From contig CAYNNG010000001.1 in NCBI GenBank assembly GCA_964398655.1, forward strand, positions 27,182 to 91,181: a DNA stretch of 64,000 nt, read 5' to 3'. Positions 8,708 to 17,173 of the stretch are shown here, piece by piece; positions within the stretch are counted from its first letter, which is position 1, and every line of letters starts with the position of its first letter. The DNA is from an uncultured Oscillospiraceae bacterium. GTDB lineage: Bacteria > Bacillota > Clostridia > Saccharofermentanales > DTU023. Below the pieces are notes generated by a model that saw only the letters and a program-made list of their open reading frames with translations, was not told the DNA's origin and ran no database searches. Position numbers and translations under genes: made by a program.

Positions 8708-10015
8708 TCAGGCTCGGGGCTCCAAGATCTCTTGTCCCTGCATATAGGGGCGGAGAACTTCCGGTACAATTACGCTGCCATCGGCCTGCTGATTCTGCTC
8801 CAAAATAGCAGGGAAAATACGGGAGGTTGCAAGGCCAGAGCCGTTTAAGCTGTGTAGGAATTCCGGCTTGGTTCCATCTTGGCGGCGGAAGCGCAGGTTA
8901 GTACGCCGGGCCTGGTAATCGCCAGAGGTGGAGACGGAAGATACCTCTTTATAACCGCCCATGGAAGGGATATAGACTTCAATATCCCAGGTTTCGCGCA
9001 TGGAGGCAGATACATCGCCCGCCGCCAGTTTGACCAGCTGATAGTGGAGTCCCAGTTTTTCTACCAGGCTGCAGGCCTTATTGATGAGCTCTTTTAAAGC
9101 CGCCGCGTCATCTTCGGGCTTCACAAATTGGAACATTTCCACCTTATTAAACTGGTGGCCCCGGATCATGCCGCGCTCTTCCGCCCGGTAGGAACCCGCT
9201 TCCCGCCGGTAGCAGGGAGTGTAGGCGAAGCACTTAATGGGCAGGTCTTCTTCCTCCAGGATCTCGTCCCGGTAGAGGTTAACCAGGGCAGTTTCGGCTG
9301 TGGGCAGGAGGAAGCGGCCAAAGCCTTGCCCGTATTCATCCTCTTCCTTGCCTTGCAGGCGGAGTTGGAACACGTCCTCAGAGAATTTAGGGAACTGGCC
9401 GGCGCCCAGGCCGCAGGCATAATTGAGAATATGGGGAGGCAGGATCATTTCATAGCCATCTTTGATGTGCTCGTTAATGAAGAAGTTAAGCAGGGCCCAC
9501 TCCAAGCGGGCGCCCTGTCCCCTATACATCCAGAAACCGGAGCCAGACAGCCGGGTTCCCCGTTCGTAATCAATCAAACCCAAGCTCTCGGCCAAGTCCA
9601 CATGGTGCTTGGGCTCAAAGTCGAAAGTGGGCTTTTCGCCAAAGGTCTTTTTGACCTGGTTATTTTCCTTCCCCCCAGCTACGACATCGTCGTGGGGCAT
9701 GTTGGGCAGGCCAATCATAAACTGGTACTGGGCTTCGTCCAGGGCTTGCAGCTCGACTTCTTTATTCTTTATATCTTCGGAAACTTGTTTGAGTTCTTCC
9801 AAGAGTCCCGAGGCATCCTGGCCAGCTTTTTTCAGCTTGGGGATTTCGGCAGACTTCTTATTACGCAAGGCCTTGAGTTCTTCCGTCTCGTGGATCAGGG
9901 CGCGGCGCTCCTTATCCTGGTCTAAAAAGTGGCTGAGATCTAAGTCAAAACCTCTTTTGGCTAAGGCTTTAACTACGGTTTCCGGATCATTGCGCAGTAA
10001 ATTAATATCTAACAT
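8708..10015 (-). CDS. serS: Serine--tRNA ligase
   Basis: MLDINLLRNDPE N-terminal coiled-coil arm, class II core motifs (FRREAGS-like CYRREAGSYRAEERGMIRGHQFNKVE) and C-terminal GSGLATSR. Confidence 0.95.
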   Translation of the reverse strand: MLDINLLRNDPETVVKALAKRGFDLDLSHFLDQDKERRALIHETEELKALRNKKSAEIPKLKKAGQDASGLLEELKQVSEDIKNKEVELQALDEAQYQFMIGLPNMPHDDVVAGGKENNQVKKTFGEKPTFDFEPKHHVDLAESLGLIDYERGTRLSGSGFWMYRGQGARLEWALLNFFINEHIKDGYEMILPPHILNYACGLGAGQFPKFSEDVFQLRLQGKEEDEYGQGFGRFLLPTAETALVNLYRDEILEEEDLPIKCFAYTPCYRREAGSYRAEERGMIRGHQFNKVEMFQFVKPEDDAAALKELINKACSLVEKLGLHYQLVKLAAGDVSASMRETWDIEVYIPSMGGYKEVSSVSTSGDYQARRTNLRFRRQDGTKPEFLHSLNGSGLATSRIFPAILEQNQQADGSVIVPEVLRPYMQGQEILEPRA

Positions 10016-10339
10016 GTTTCCTCTTCCTTTCTGCTACGTCAGTGTGAGGTTCGTTTATTTATAATTATCTTATTAAGCTTACCGCTTAAGCGGGATTTTG
10101 CAACTATAAATGGTATGATTTCTACTATAAATGGTTGAGTCTCCACCTTTTATAGCGGCTTTATAGCTGTTCACGATTATAGCCCAAGCGGAAGTCTTGC
10201 GGCTACACTTCCCACCCGCTGAGCTCAAGACTTATCTCTATCTCACCATCAGGGCTTCAATAATCAGGGGTAAGTGGAACTCTGTATGCTCTACAGTTGA
10301 GTTATTAGCGGAGTTTCTAGTTGTGTTTCTAGTTGAACA

Positions 10340-12352
10340 TTAGTTGAGTTTTAGGTGAGTGTTTGTCAGAACAGACACACAGGAGGTCAAGGCTTCAAGC
10401 GCAGGGGCCAAATCTTCCTCCTTGAAATCGAAAGCAGGGTGGTGATGGGCAGTGACCGTGTCTGTACCCAGCATGAGGTGAATGGCCTGGCCTCCTTGGC
10501 GGAGGACTTGGTTCATCCAAGTGACCACATCCTCCGAGGCGGCAAAGTCTGGGCCCACCAGGGTCTTGAAGCCCAGCTTCGTTATTGTCTGCTGGACCGT
10601 GCGTCCCTGGTCCAAATAGGCCGGAAGATAGGCAGGATCCAGCGCTTCCGCGTAGCCCTCCCGCTCGAGCTGCCAGCTAAGGTCTCGCGCTTGGCAGTGG
10701 CCCTGGACCATGGCCTGCATTTTGCCCTGCAGGTCTTGTATAGTCGCCGTATCTGCCGCGCGGATTTCAAACTCCAATTGGGCATGCTCAGGAATCACAT
10801 TAGGCAGCCGGCCCGCCTCCAGTCTTCCTACATTCAGGAAAGCCTTACTGTGGCCATATTGGGTGAGAGTATGGAGATTTAAGGCTAGACCCGCTGCCGC
10901 CAGCAGGGCATTTTTCCCGGTCTCCGGAGCGGAAGCAGCATGTGCGGCTTGGCCCTGGATATCCAGTAAAAACTTCTGACTGGCTAGGAAACCCTGGGTT
11001 GCCAGCCCCACCGTACCCGAGGGGATGCCCAGGCCCAGATGGCAACCAAACATATAGTCCACTCCATCTGCCAGGCCTCGCTTAACCATGCTATAGGCTC
11101 CGCGGCAAGACTCTTCGGCCGGCTGAAAAATCAAGCGCACCCTGCCCTTGAGCTCAACCGTTTGAGCAATAACTTTAGCCAGGGCAAGTCCCAAAGCGAT
11201 ATGGCCATCGTGGGCGCAGGCATGGCAGGCTTGACCATTATTTTGCGAAAAGCCTTCACGTTCCGGCCTGTGGTCATCCGCTTGACTCTCCGCAATAGCC
11301 AGGCCATCAATGTCAAAGCGGAAAAGCAGGTAGGGCCCGGCTTTACCCGAATCCCAGTCTGCTATCACGCCGGTGTACGAGTCCAGGATTTCCTCAAAAA
11401 CCGCATCTGGGAGCGGCTTCTGGGGTGCATGGTTATGGGCCACGGGTATATCTAGGGACTGGTTACCTGGCCTTTGCTTGTCGGGCATTTGGCTATGGGC
11501 CGCAGTGCTGTTTGTCGCCTGACTGCTGTCGGTCTCCTGGCGATGCGCTGCAACGTTGTATGACGTCTGACTAGCTGCCGGCCCTAACTTGCTGTTAGCC
11601 TGCGCTTGAACTTGCGCAAAAAGCTTGGCCAAGTCTTCCCGCTTAACCCCACACTTAGCCTCATAATTCTTCTTAAACTCGGCACTCGGCAGGGCCAGGC
11701 GGTCTTCCGTATGTAAGGCCTTGCCCAACTGAACAGACCAGCCCAGGCCTAAGAGGCGGGAGGCAATCTCCAAGCTGGTACGGAACTCCAGCCAACCAGG
11801 CTCTGCGATACTATGGAAGAAACGCCGGTCAGAAATCAATTGTTGCGCTAGTTTGGCATTTTCTCGTGCATAGATCATACATTGTTCTGTTACAGGTGTA
11901 CCCAGCTTAATTTCCCGTTCATCGCCCTCAAAGCGGAAACCATAACGCGTATAAAAGCGTGCGGCGCGCTCATTCCCCTTTAAGACCCAAACAACTACTT
12001 CTTGAAAGTCTTTTAACCTCTCAAGAGCTGCATTCATCAATTCATATCCAACGGTGCTACCATGGTAAGCAGCCAAGACATAAATCGCATAAATTTCACC
12101 TCTGTGAGGAAGCTCCGAGTCCCGGCAAGCTCCATATACTACAAACCCTACAACCTCATCGCCGTCCTTGGCAATCAGAGTATGGTCTAGGTCGGTATGG
12201 GCTATACTACGGCACTTGTCTAACGTCATGCGTTCAAGAAAATTAGCGTCAATTAAGCCAGGATAGGTCTCATGCCAGGACTTCCAATGCACATAGCCCT
12301 TTCCTCGTATTTCATCTATCGTTTCAGGCTGCTTAATCGTAAATATGGCCAT
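10340..12352 (-). CDS. GNAT N-acetyltransferase fused to an M20D-type amidohydrolase/peptidase
   Basis: aa 1-165 is a GNAT fold (VVGFVVYG..IYAIYVLAAYHGSTVGYELMNAAL..RAARFYTRYGFRFEG). The rest is M20 (RRFFHSIAEPGWLEFRTS..ACHACAHDGHIALGLA..FQPAEESCRGAYSMV..FGCHLG), interrupted by a ~110-aa Q/S/A/T-rich insert. Confidence 0.8.
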   Translation of the reverse strand: MAIFTIKQPETIDEIRGKGYVHWKSWHETYPGLIDANFLERMTLDKCRSIAHTDLDHTLIAKDGDEVVGFVVYGACRDSELPHRGEIYAIYVLAAYHGSTVGYELMNAALERLKDFQEVVVWVLKGNERAARFYTRYGFRFEGDEREIKLGTPVTEQCMIYARENAKLAQQLISDRRFFHSIAEPGWLEFRTSLEIASRLLGLGWSVQLGKALHTEDRLALPSAEFKKNYEAKCGVKREDLAKLFAQVQAQANSKLGPAASQTSYNVAAHRQETDSSQATNSTAAHSQMPDKQRPGNQSLDIPVAHNHAPQKPLPDAVFEEILDSYTGVIADWDSGKAGPYLLFRFDIDGLAIAESQADDHRPEREGFSQNNGQACHACAHDGHIALGLALAKVIAQTVELKGRVRLIFQPAEESCRGAYSMVKRGLADGVDYMFGCHLGLGIPSGTVGLATQGFLASQKFLLDIQGQAAHAASAPETGKNALLAAAGLALNLHTLTQYGHSKAFLNVGRLEAGRLPNVIPEHAQLEFEIRAADTATIQDLQGKMQAMVQGHCQARDLSWQLEREGYAEALDPAYLPAYLDQGRTVQQTITKLGFKTLVGPDFAASEDVVTWMNQVLRQGGQAIHLMLGTDTVTAHHHPAFDFKEEDLAPALEALTSCVSVLTNTHLKLN

Positions 12353-12466
12353 AGCTCATTTCCCCTTTATATTTTTCTTCCTGCGTAACATTTTGTGCAA
12401 GTATAACTGATTGATAAAGAGCCGACTGTATATTTTAAGGTTCTCCATTTTTCAGGGTTAGGTAGT

Positions 12467-12722
12467 CGTAGGGAACTCGGCCGAATGGTTAAAATGCCTA
12501 CGGTTAAATCAGCTACGAGGGCTTGGGAGGCATAGGGAGATCCGCCAAATGGCTAAATTGCCTACGCTTATATCAGCTACGAGAGCTTATGAGGCGTAGG
12601 GAGATTAAGCAAATCACCGAAATGCCTACTACGATCTCAGCCCCAAAGGCCTAGTAAGCGTAGGCAAATTCATTGATTCGCCGAAATGCCTACTGCTTCC
12701 GGTGGATGGTGCCTGTGGATTT
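12467..12722. repeat. Degenerate tandem repeat, 64-nt period, about 4 units, each with a CGTAGG..CCTAC(G) inverted repeat
   Basis: Units start at 12467, 12531, 12595 and 12659. Units 1 and 2 are roughly 80 percent identical by eye; units 3 and 4 are decayed. The period is not a multiple of 3. Confidence 0.8.
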
Positions 12723-12830
12723 CAGAATATGGGGATTCCACAGGCATTTTCAGGGCAGGAGGGCACTTTGAACGCCTGTGAAATTTAAGAATTGACGATT
12801 CTCCAGGCAATTTAAGAATAAGAAAGAAAA

Positions 12831-12876
12831 TCGGAAAGAAAAAAGGAGCTGGTCCGCAGTGGGAACAGCTCCTTTT
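12831..12876 (-). terminator. Rho-independent terminator of the rplKAJL operon (bidirectional shape)
   Basis: AAAAGGAGCTG (12841-12851) pairs perfectly with CAGCTCCTTTT (12866-12876). On the minus strand the hairpin is followed by TTTTTTCTTTCC. Confidence 0.8.
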
Positions 12877-13046
12877 ATAGGTAAATTTGTGGGCAGTAAT
12901 GCTGCTAGCCAGGTTTTAAGTAGTTGTAGGTGGTGATGCCTATGGTGGCAATGACACCTACTTATCCACGCACTCATGCGCATAAGCGCTCACTACCATC
13001 AGCCTAGGCTGCCAGCAGGACTGCCGGAGTTGAAGTAAAGTTAAAA

Positions 13047-13433
13047 CTACTTGAGTTCGACTTCGGCGCCAGCTTCTTTGAGCTTGTTGGCGATTTCTTC
13101 AGCTTCTTCTTTCTCCACGCCTTCTTTGACCGGCTTGGGTGCTTCGTCAACCAGAGCCTTAGCATCCTTGAGGCCGAGGCCGGTGATTTCACGGACAACC
13201 TTGATAACACCGATCTTGCTGGCGCCAGCGGACTTCAGGATAACGTCAAAGCTGGATTGTTCTTCTTCTGCGGCTGCACCACCGGCTGCGCCAGCGGCAC
13301 CAGGAGCAACGGTCATCATAGCGGCGGCGGAAACGCCAAATTCTTCCTCTAAGGCTTTGACCAGGTCATTAAGTTCGATAACGGTTAGGCCCTTAACTTC
13401 TTCGATGAGGGCATTAATTTTTTCACTTGCCAT
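13047..13433 (-). CDS. rplL: 50S ribosomal protein L7/L12
   Basis: [60 protein letters not shown]. Confidence 0.97.
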   Translation of the reverse strand: MASEKINALIEEVKGLTVIELNDLVKALEEEFGVSAAAMMTVAPGAAGAAGGAAAEEEQSSFDVILKSAGASKIGVIKVVREITGLGLKDAKALVDEAPKPVKEGVEKEEAEEIANKLKEAGAEVELK

Positions 13434-13450
13434 TTTATATTCCTCCCAAA

Positions 13451-14137
13451 TTATTCAGCGGGCTTTTCTTCCGCTGCTGGTGTTTCTTCTTGGCCTTCAG
13501 TGGCCGGGGCAGGGGCCTCTTCTTGAGGTGCTGCGCTTACTTCAGTTGCAGATTCTGCAGCAGGATCTGCTGCTTCTGCGGGGGCTTCTTCAGCTGCGGG
13601 AGCAGCTTCGACAGCCAGGTCTTTGACGTTTTCCACGCCATTCTCTTCGGCTTTCTTGGCCATAGCGCCAAGGGTCATAGCCAGAGAGGTAACGGGGAAA
13701 ATCAGGCTGGATACCAGTTGTCCGTACAGAACTTCAAGTGCAGGAATGTTAGACAGAGCAGTGATGGTTTCGAGGGGTGCCAGGGCACCATCGATGACGC
13801 CACCTTTAATCTTCATCTTCTTGAAGTCGTCGACGTACTTCTTGACCAGGCGAGGAGCCAAAGTAATGTCTTCGTTAGACCAAGCAATGGCTGTAGGGCC
13901 AGTCAGAATTTCGTCTAGGCCAGTTACACCGAGCTCTTCAAAAGCTCTGCGCAGCTGAGTGTTCTTCACAACCCGGTAATTCAGATTGCCTTCACGGAAA
14001 GCATGGCGCATTTGCGTGTCTTGATCTACGGTTAAGCCTTGGTATTCAGAAAATACGACAGACTCGGCAGACTTAAGATCTTCGACTAAGAGCTCAACGG
14101 CCGCTTGCTTTTTGGCGAGAATTTTATCGCTGGGCAT
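13451..14137 (-). CDS. rplJ: 50S ribosomal protein L10 with a ~55-aa acidic Ala/Glu/Pro C-terminal extension
   Basis: L10 core ([32 protein letters not shown]), then the tail [32 protein letters not shown]. 228 aa. Confidence 0.93.
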   Translation of the reverse strand: MPSDKILAKKQAAVELLVEDLKSAESVVFSEYQGLTVDQDTQMRHAFREGNLNYRVVKNTQLRRAFEELGVTGLDEILTGPTAIAWSNEDITLAPRLVKKYVDDFKKMKIKGGVIDGALAPLETITALSNIPALEVLYGQLVSSLIFPVTSLAMTLGAMAKKAEENGVENVKDLAVEAAPAAEEAPAEAADPAAESATEVSAAPQEEAPAPATEGQEETPAAEEKPAE

Positions 14138-14290
14138 TCTCTTACCTCCTTATGTATTTAAATACCCCTCTCGCTCACCAGAAAGCGGAGGGGTACACGT
14201 AGTCCACATCTCCACCTCGGCCGGAATGTTTAAGGCATGGCCTCCGGCTGTCTTCGGCGATCAGGTGTATTTATGAAGTTAGGCGGGGAC
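14138..14290 (-). promoter_or_regulatory. Structured rplJ 5' leader (candidate L10-leader autoregulatory RNA)
   Basis: 153-nt rplA-rplJ gap. Contains the hairpin ACCCCTC..GAGGGGT (14164-14194) with an inner CGCT/AGCG stem just upstream of the rplJ RBS. Position matches the Firmicutes L10 leader. Not checked against a covariance model. Confidence 0.35.
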
Positions 14291-14983
14291 TTAGCGGGCA
14301 GCAGTGGCTACACGGACCCCAGGTCCCATGGTAGAGGCGATGGTGCAGGAACGGATGTAACGTCCCTTAGCAGCCGCAGGTTTGGACCGAATGATGGCAT
14401 CCAGGAGAACTTCAAAGTTTTCTTGGAGCTTTTCAGCGCCAAAGCTGGCCTTACCGATGGAGCAGTGAATAATATTTTGTTTATCTAAGCGGTATTCAAT
14501 CTTACCAGCCTTAGCATCGTTTACCGCAGTGGTTACATCGTTGGTAACGGTACCAGACTTGGGGTTAGGCATGAGGCCCTTAGGACCTAAAACCCGGCCT
14601 AAGCGGCCAACAACACCCATCATGTCAGGAGTTGCGATAACTACTTCGAAATCAAACCAGTTTTCTTTCTGGATCTTTTCGACCATGTCTTCGGCACCTA
14701 CGTAATCTGCGCCAGCAGCCTTGGCCTCTTCAGCTTTTTCGCCCTTGGCGAAAACTAAGGTGCGGACAGTTTTACCTGTACCATGAGGCAGGACTACGGA
14801 ACCACGAACCTGTTGGTCGGCGTGACGGGAGTCAACACCCAGACGGGCGTGCATTTCAATAGTCTCATCGAATTTCGCGGTAGCCATTTCCAGAACCAGC
14901 TTCATGGCCTCGTCAAGGTCATAGGTTTGGGAATGATCGTACTTAGCGACAGCTTCTTTATATCTCTTACCATTTCTTGACAT
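14291..14983 (-). CDS. rplA: 50S ribosomal protein L1
   Basis: [50 protein letters not shown]. Confidence 0.97.
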   Translation of the reverse strand: MSRNGKRYKEAVAKYDHSQTYDLDEAMKLVLEMATAKFDETIEMHARLGVDSRHADQQVRGSVVLPHGTGKTVRTLVFAKGEKAEEAKAAGADYVGAEDMVEKIQKENWFDFEVVIATPDMMGVVGRLGRVLGPKGLMPNPKSGTVTNDVTTAVNDAKAGKIEYRLDKQNIIHCSIGKASFGAEKLQENFEVLLDAIIRSKPAAAKGRYIRSCTIASTMGPGVRVATAAR

Positions 14984-14985
14984 AA

Positions 14986-15435
14986 CTAGGCCTCCTTGCT
15001 TACAGCAGGCATACCGTCAACCGTGATGCCCATGCTCCTAGCAGTACCGGCTACCATGCGGGCGCCAGCTTCCAGGTCAGCTGCGTTGGATTCAGAGATT
15101 TTGATTTTGGCGATTTCCAGGCAATCGTCCCAAGTAACTTTCGCTACCTTCTTCTTGTTGGGCTCGCCAGAGGCCTTTTCGATTTTTGCGGCCTTCTTTA
15201 AGAGCGTTGCGGCGGGCGGAGTCTTGGTAATGAAAGTATAGGAACGGTCCGCATAAACAGTGATAACGACAGGAATAACCATGCCTGCGTCTTTTGCGGT
15301 TCTTTCATTAAATTCCTTGACAAACTGCGCGATGTTCAAACCGTGCTGTCCAAGGGCTGGTCCGACCGGCGGCGCTGGTGTTGCTTTGGCTGCAGGGATC
15401 TGCAGCTTAACCATGGCAATGACTTTTTTGGCCAT
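14986..15435 (-). CDS. rplK: 50S ribosomal protein L11
   Basis: [32 protein letters not shown]. Start moved to ATG 15435, which sits behind GGGAGGTGG. The track ORF adds 5 spurious codons. Confidence 0.95.
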   Translation of the reverse strand: MAKKVIAMVKLQIPAAKATPAPPVGPALGQHGLNIAQFVKEFNERTAKDAGMVIPVVITVYADRSYTFITKTPPAATLLKKAAKIEKASGEPNKKKVAKVTWDDCLEIAKIKISESNAADLEAGARMVAGTARSMGITVDGMPAVSKEA

Positions 15436-15550
15436 TTTGCCACCTCCCAATTTTTCTTAATTTATGCTGAAAGGCTCGAAAGCCTTGCAGTTTTACTGGA
15501 TCAAGGCCAGCTGGCCTTGCGGATACGGCTGGTGAGCCGACAAGCAATAA
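15436..15550 (-). promoter_or_regulatory. Structured nusG-rplK intergenic leader (candidate L1 autoregulatory site or attenuator)
   Basis: Perfect 16-nt palindrome AAGGCCAGCTGGCCTT (15503-15518). Also AAGGCT-UUCG-AGCCTT, a tetraloop hairpin on the sense strand (15471-15486). Confidence 0.3.
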
Positions 15551-16087
15551 TTATATACGTAAGACTTGGGTCAGTTCAAGTTCCACCGGAGTTTCCCGGC
15601 CAAACATGGAAACTGAGACTACAAGCTTCTTCTTCTCAGCGTTGATCTCTTCCACCGTACCTACAAAGCCATCCAGGGGGCCGTGGATGATTTTTACGGA
15701 GTCGCCGACATCGTAGTCCACGATAGGCTCCCAGTTGGACTCCAGCCCGATGATCATGAGTTCTTCATCAGTTAGGGGTACAGGGTTAGTGGGGGAGGAT
15801 CCGACAAAGCCGGTTACACCCCGGGTGTTGCGCACGATGTACCAAATCTCATCGGTCAGGACTAGTTTCACTAGGATATAGCCAGGATAAACCTTGCGCT
15901 CGTGGGTCTTGCGCTCGCCATCCTTGATCTCCACCACATCTTCCGTGGGGACTAGCACTTCCTGAATATAGTCCTGCAGGCCACGATTTTCGACTATCAT
16001 GTCCAAGGTTTGCTTAACCTTGTTTTCATAGCCGGAATAAGTGTGGACTACGTACCAGAGGGCTTCTTCTTTATTGCGTTCAGCCAT
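15551..16087 (-). CDS. nusG: Transcription termination/antitermination factor NusG
   Basis: WYVVHTYSGYENKV..KVYPGYILVK..C-terminal KOW (GDSVKIIHGPLDGFVGTVEEI). Confidence 0.96.
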   Translation of the reverse strand: MAERNKEEALWYVVHTYSGYENKVKQTLDMIVENRGLQDYIQEVLVPTEDVVEIKDGERKTHERKVYPGYILVKLVLTDEIWYIVRNTRGVTGFVGSSPTNPVPLTDEELMIIGLESNWEPIVDYDVGDSVKIIHGPLDGFVGTVEEINAEKKKLVVSVSMFGRETPVELELTQVLRI

Positions 16088-16092
16088 CTAGC

Positions 16093-16512
16093 TTACCCTT
16101 CGTTTTTGGTGGTTTCGGCCTCGGTAGCCTCAGCATCTTCTGCGGGAGCTTCAGTTTCTGCCGCGTCCTCTGCTGCAGGCTCGGCCTCTGCTTCGTCCGC
16201 AGTCTCGGTTTCCGGTTCAAGCGGCGCAGTTACGGCTGGTGTGGCGGCTGGTGCCTGCTTGACATCGTAGAAGCCGGTTACGTTCAGGACCATAGATATG
16301 AGCGAGTCGAAAACCAGAATAGTTACCACAGCCACCACAATGATGACTAGGACGGCAGCCAGGTTTTTCTTGAACTTGGTCTTGTCAGGCCAAGTAACCT
16401 TTTTGAGTTCAGAGGTAATGCCCTTGTACCAGGTTTTTACCTTAGCGAAAAAGGACTTTTTATTCTTGTCGGTTTTCTTGTCCTGCTTTTTGGAGCTAGT
16501 ATCTTTTGCCAT
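16093..16512 (-). CDS. secE: Preprotein translocase subunit SecE with an acidic Ala/Glu/Thr/Pro C-terminal extension
   Basis: ELKKVTWPDKTKFKKNLAAVLVIIVVAVVTILVFD (SecE TM), then a ~70-aa tail ending ..AEAEPAAEDAAETEAPAEDAEATEAETTKNEG. Start placed at ATG 16512 behind AAGAGG. Confidence 0.88.
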   Translation of the reverse strand: MAKDTSSKKQDKKTDKNKKSFFAKVKTWYKGITSELKKVTWPDKTKFKKNLAAVLVIIVVAVVTILVFDSLISMVLNVTGFYDVKQAPAATPAVTAPLEPETETADEAEAEPAAEDAAETEAPAEDAEATEAETTKNEG

Positions 16513-16567
16513 GGTAGCCTCTTTCAGCATGGGAAATAGACCCTAGAGGGGCCATTTCGCAGTCAAA

Positions 16568-16732
16568 TTATTTGGATTCGGTGTGTTTGGTGTGCTTACG
16601 GCAAAACGGACAATACTTGTTCAGTTCGAGTTTTTCCGTAGTGTTCATCTTGTTCTTTTTCGTGTTGTAGTTACGCTGTTTGCATTCGCTGCATACGAGA
16701 GCGATTCTGTCGCGTGCTCCTGGTTTAGCCAT
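16568..16732 (-). CDS. rpmG: 50S ribosomal protein L33
   Basis: Not in the ORF track (54 aa). Hand translation gives [54 protein letters not shown], with two CxxC pairs, upstream of secE-nusG as usual. Confidence 0.93.
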   Translation of the reverse strand: MAKPGARDRIALVCSECKQRNYNTKKNKMNTTEKLELNKYCPFCRKHTKHTESK

Positions 16733-16835
16733 GTCCTTACCTCCCTTTATATCTGAGAAAACAAGCTTTTTCTTACGTTGGATCTAGTTATTTGTCCCAC
16801 AATAAAAAGAACTTGCGGGAAAACAAGCAGAGGAA

Positions 16836-16863
16836 ATTATAGCACAATGCCTTGGCCTGTCAA
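16836..16863 (-). promoter_or_regulatory. Sigma-A type promoter for rpmG-secE-nusG
   Basis: On the minus strand: TTGACA (16863-16858), a 16-nt spacer, then TGC-TATAAT (extended -10, TATAAT at 16841-16836). About 100 nt upstream of the rpmG ATG. Confidence 0.65.
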
Positions 16864-16873
16864 GCACCAAGGC

Positions 16874-17173
16874 CTAAGCGCCGTGTTCACGCCGGTCTTC
16901 CAGGACTGCGGCGATGCTATCCCAAGTCAAGCCATGCTGGTACAGGAGCACGGTCATATGGTAGAGGAGGTCGGCTCCTTCTTCCGCAATCTGCTGCTGG
17001 TCCGCATTTTTGCAGGCTAAAATCATGGAGTTGCATTGTTCCTGCGTCTTGGCCAGGATACGGTCTTCGCCTTTATCTAAAAGGTAATTAGTATAAGATC
17101 CGGTCACCGGCTGTTTGGCCCGTTCGTCGGTGAGATCGTAAAGGGTTTGAAGTATGGATCCGATTTCACTCAT
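16874..17173 (-). CDS. hisE: Phosphoribosyl-ATP pyrophosphohydrolase-like (HisE / MazG-type all-alpha NTP-PPase)
   Basis: SYTNYLLDKGEDRILAKTQEQ..EEGADLLYHMTVLLYQHG..VLEDRR matches the HisE pattern. No other his genes in the window. Confidence 0.75.
   Translation of the reverse strand: MSEIGSILQTLYDLTDERAKQPVTGSYTNYLLDKGEDRILAKTQEQCNSMILACKNADQQQIAEEGADLLYHMTVLLYQHGLTWDSIAAVLEDRREHGA

Noticed and set aside
10016-10339. Possible T-box riboswitch upstream of serS
   Set aside because: I read the minus-strand leader in full. There is no AGGGUGGNACCGCG-type T-box sequence, no AGAGA/GNUGGA stem I features, and no terminator/antiterminator pair. GGGTGGGAAGTGTAGCCGC is only a superficial resemblance.
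12467-12722. CRISPR array interpretation of the 64-nt repeats
   Set aside because: The entire unit is homologous between copies, so there are no unique spacers. The copies are degenerate, and no cas genes or leader are nearby. This is a plain tandem repeat.
12750-13210. ORFs 12750-12983(-) and 13004-13210(-) as genes downstream of or overlapping rplL
   Set aside because: The first reads through the rplL terminator and is His/Cys/Leu-biased nonsense. The second is an alternative frame of rplL.
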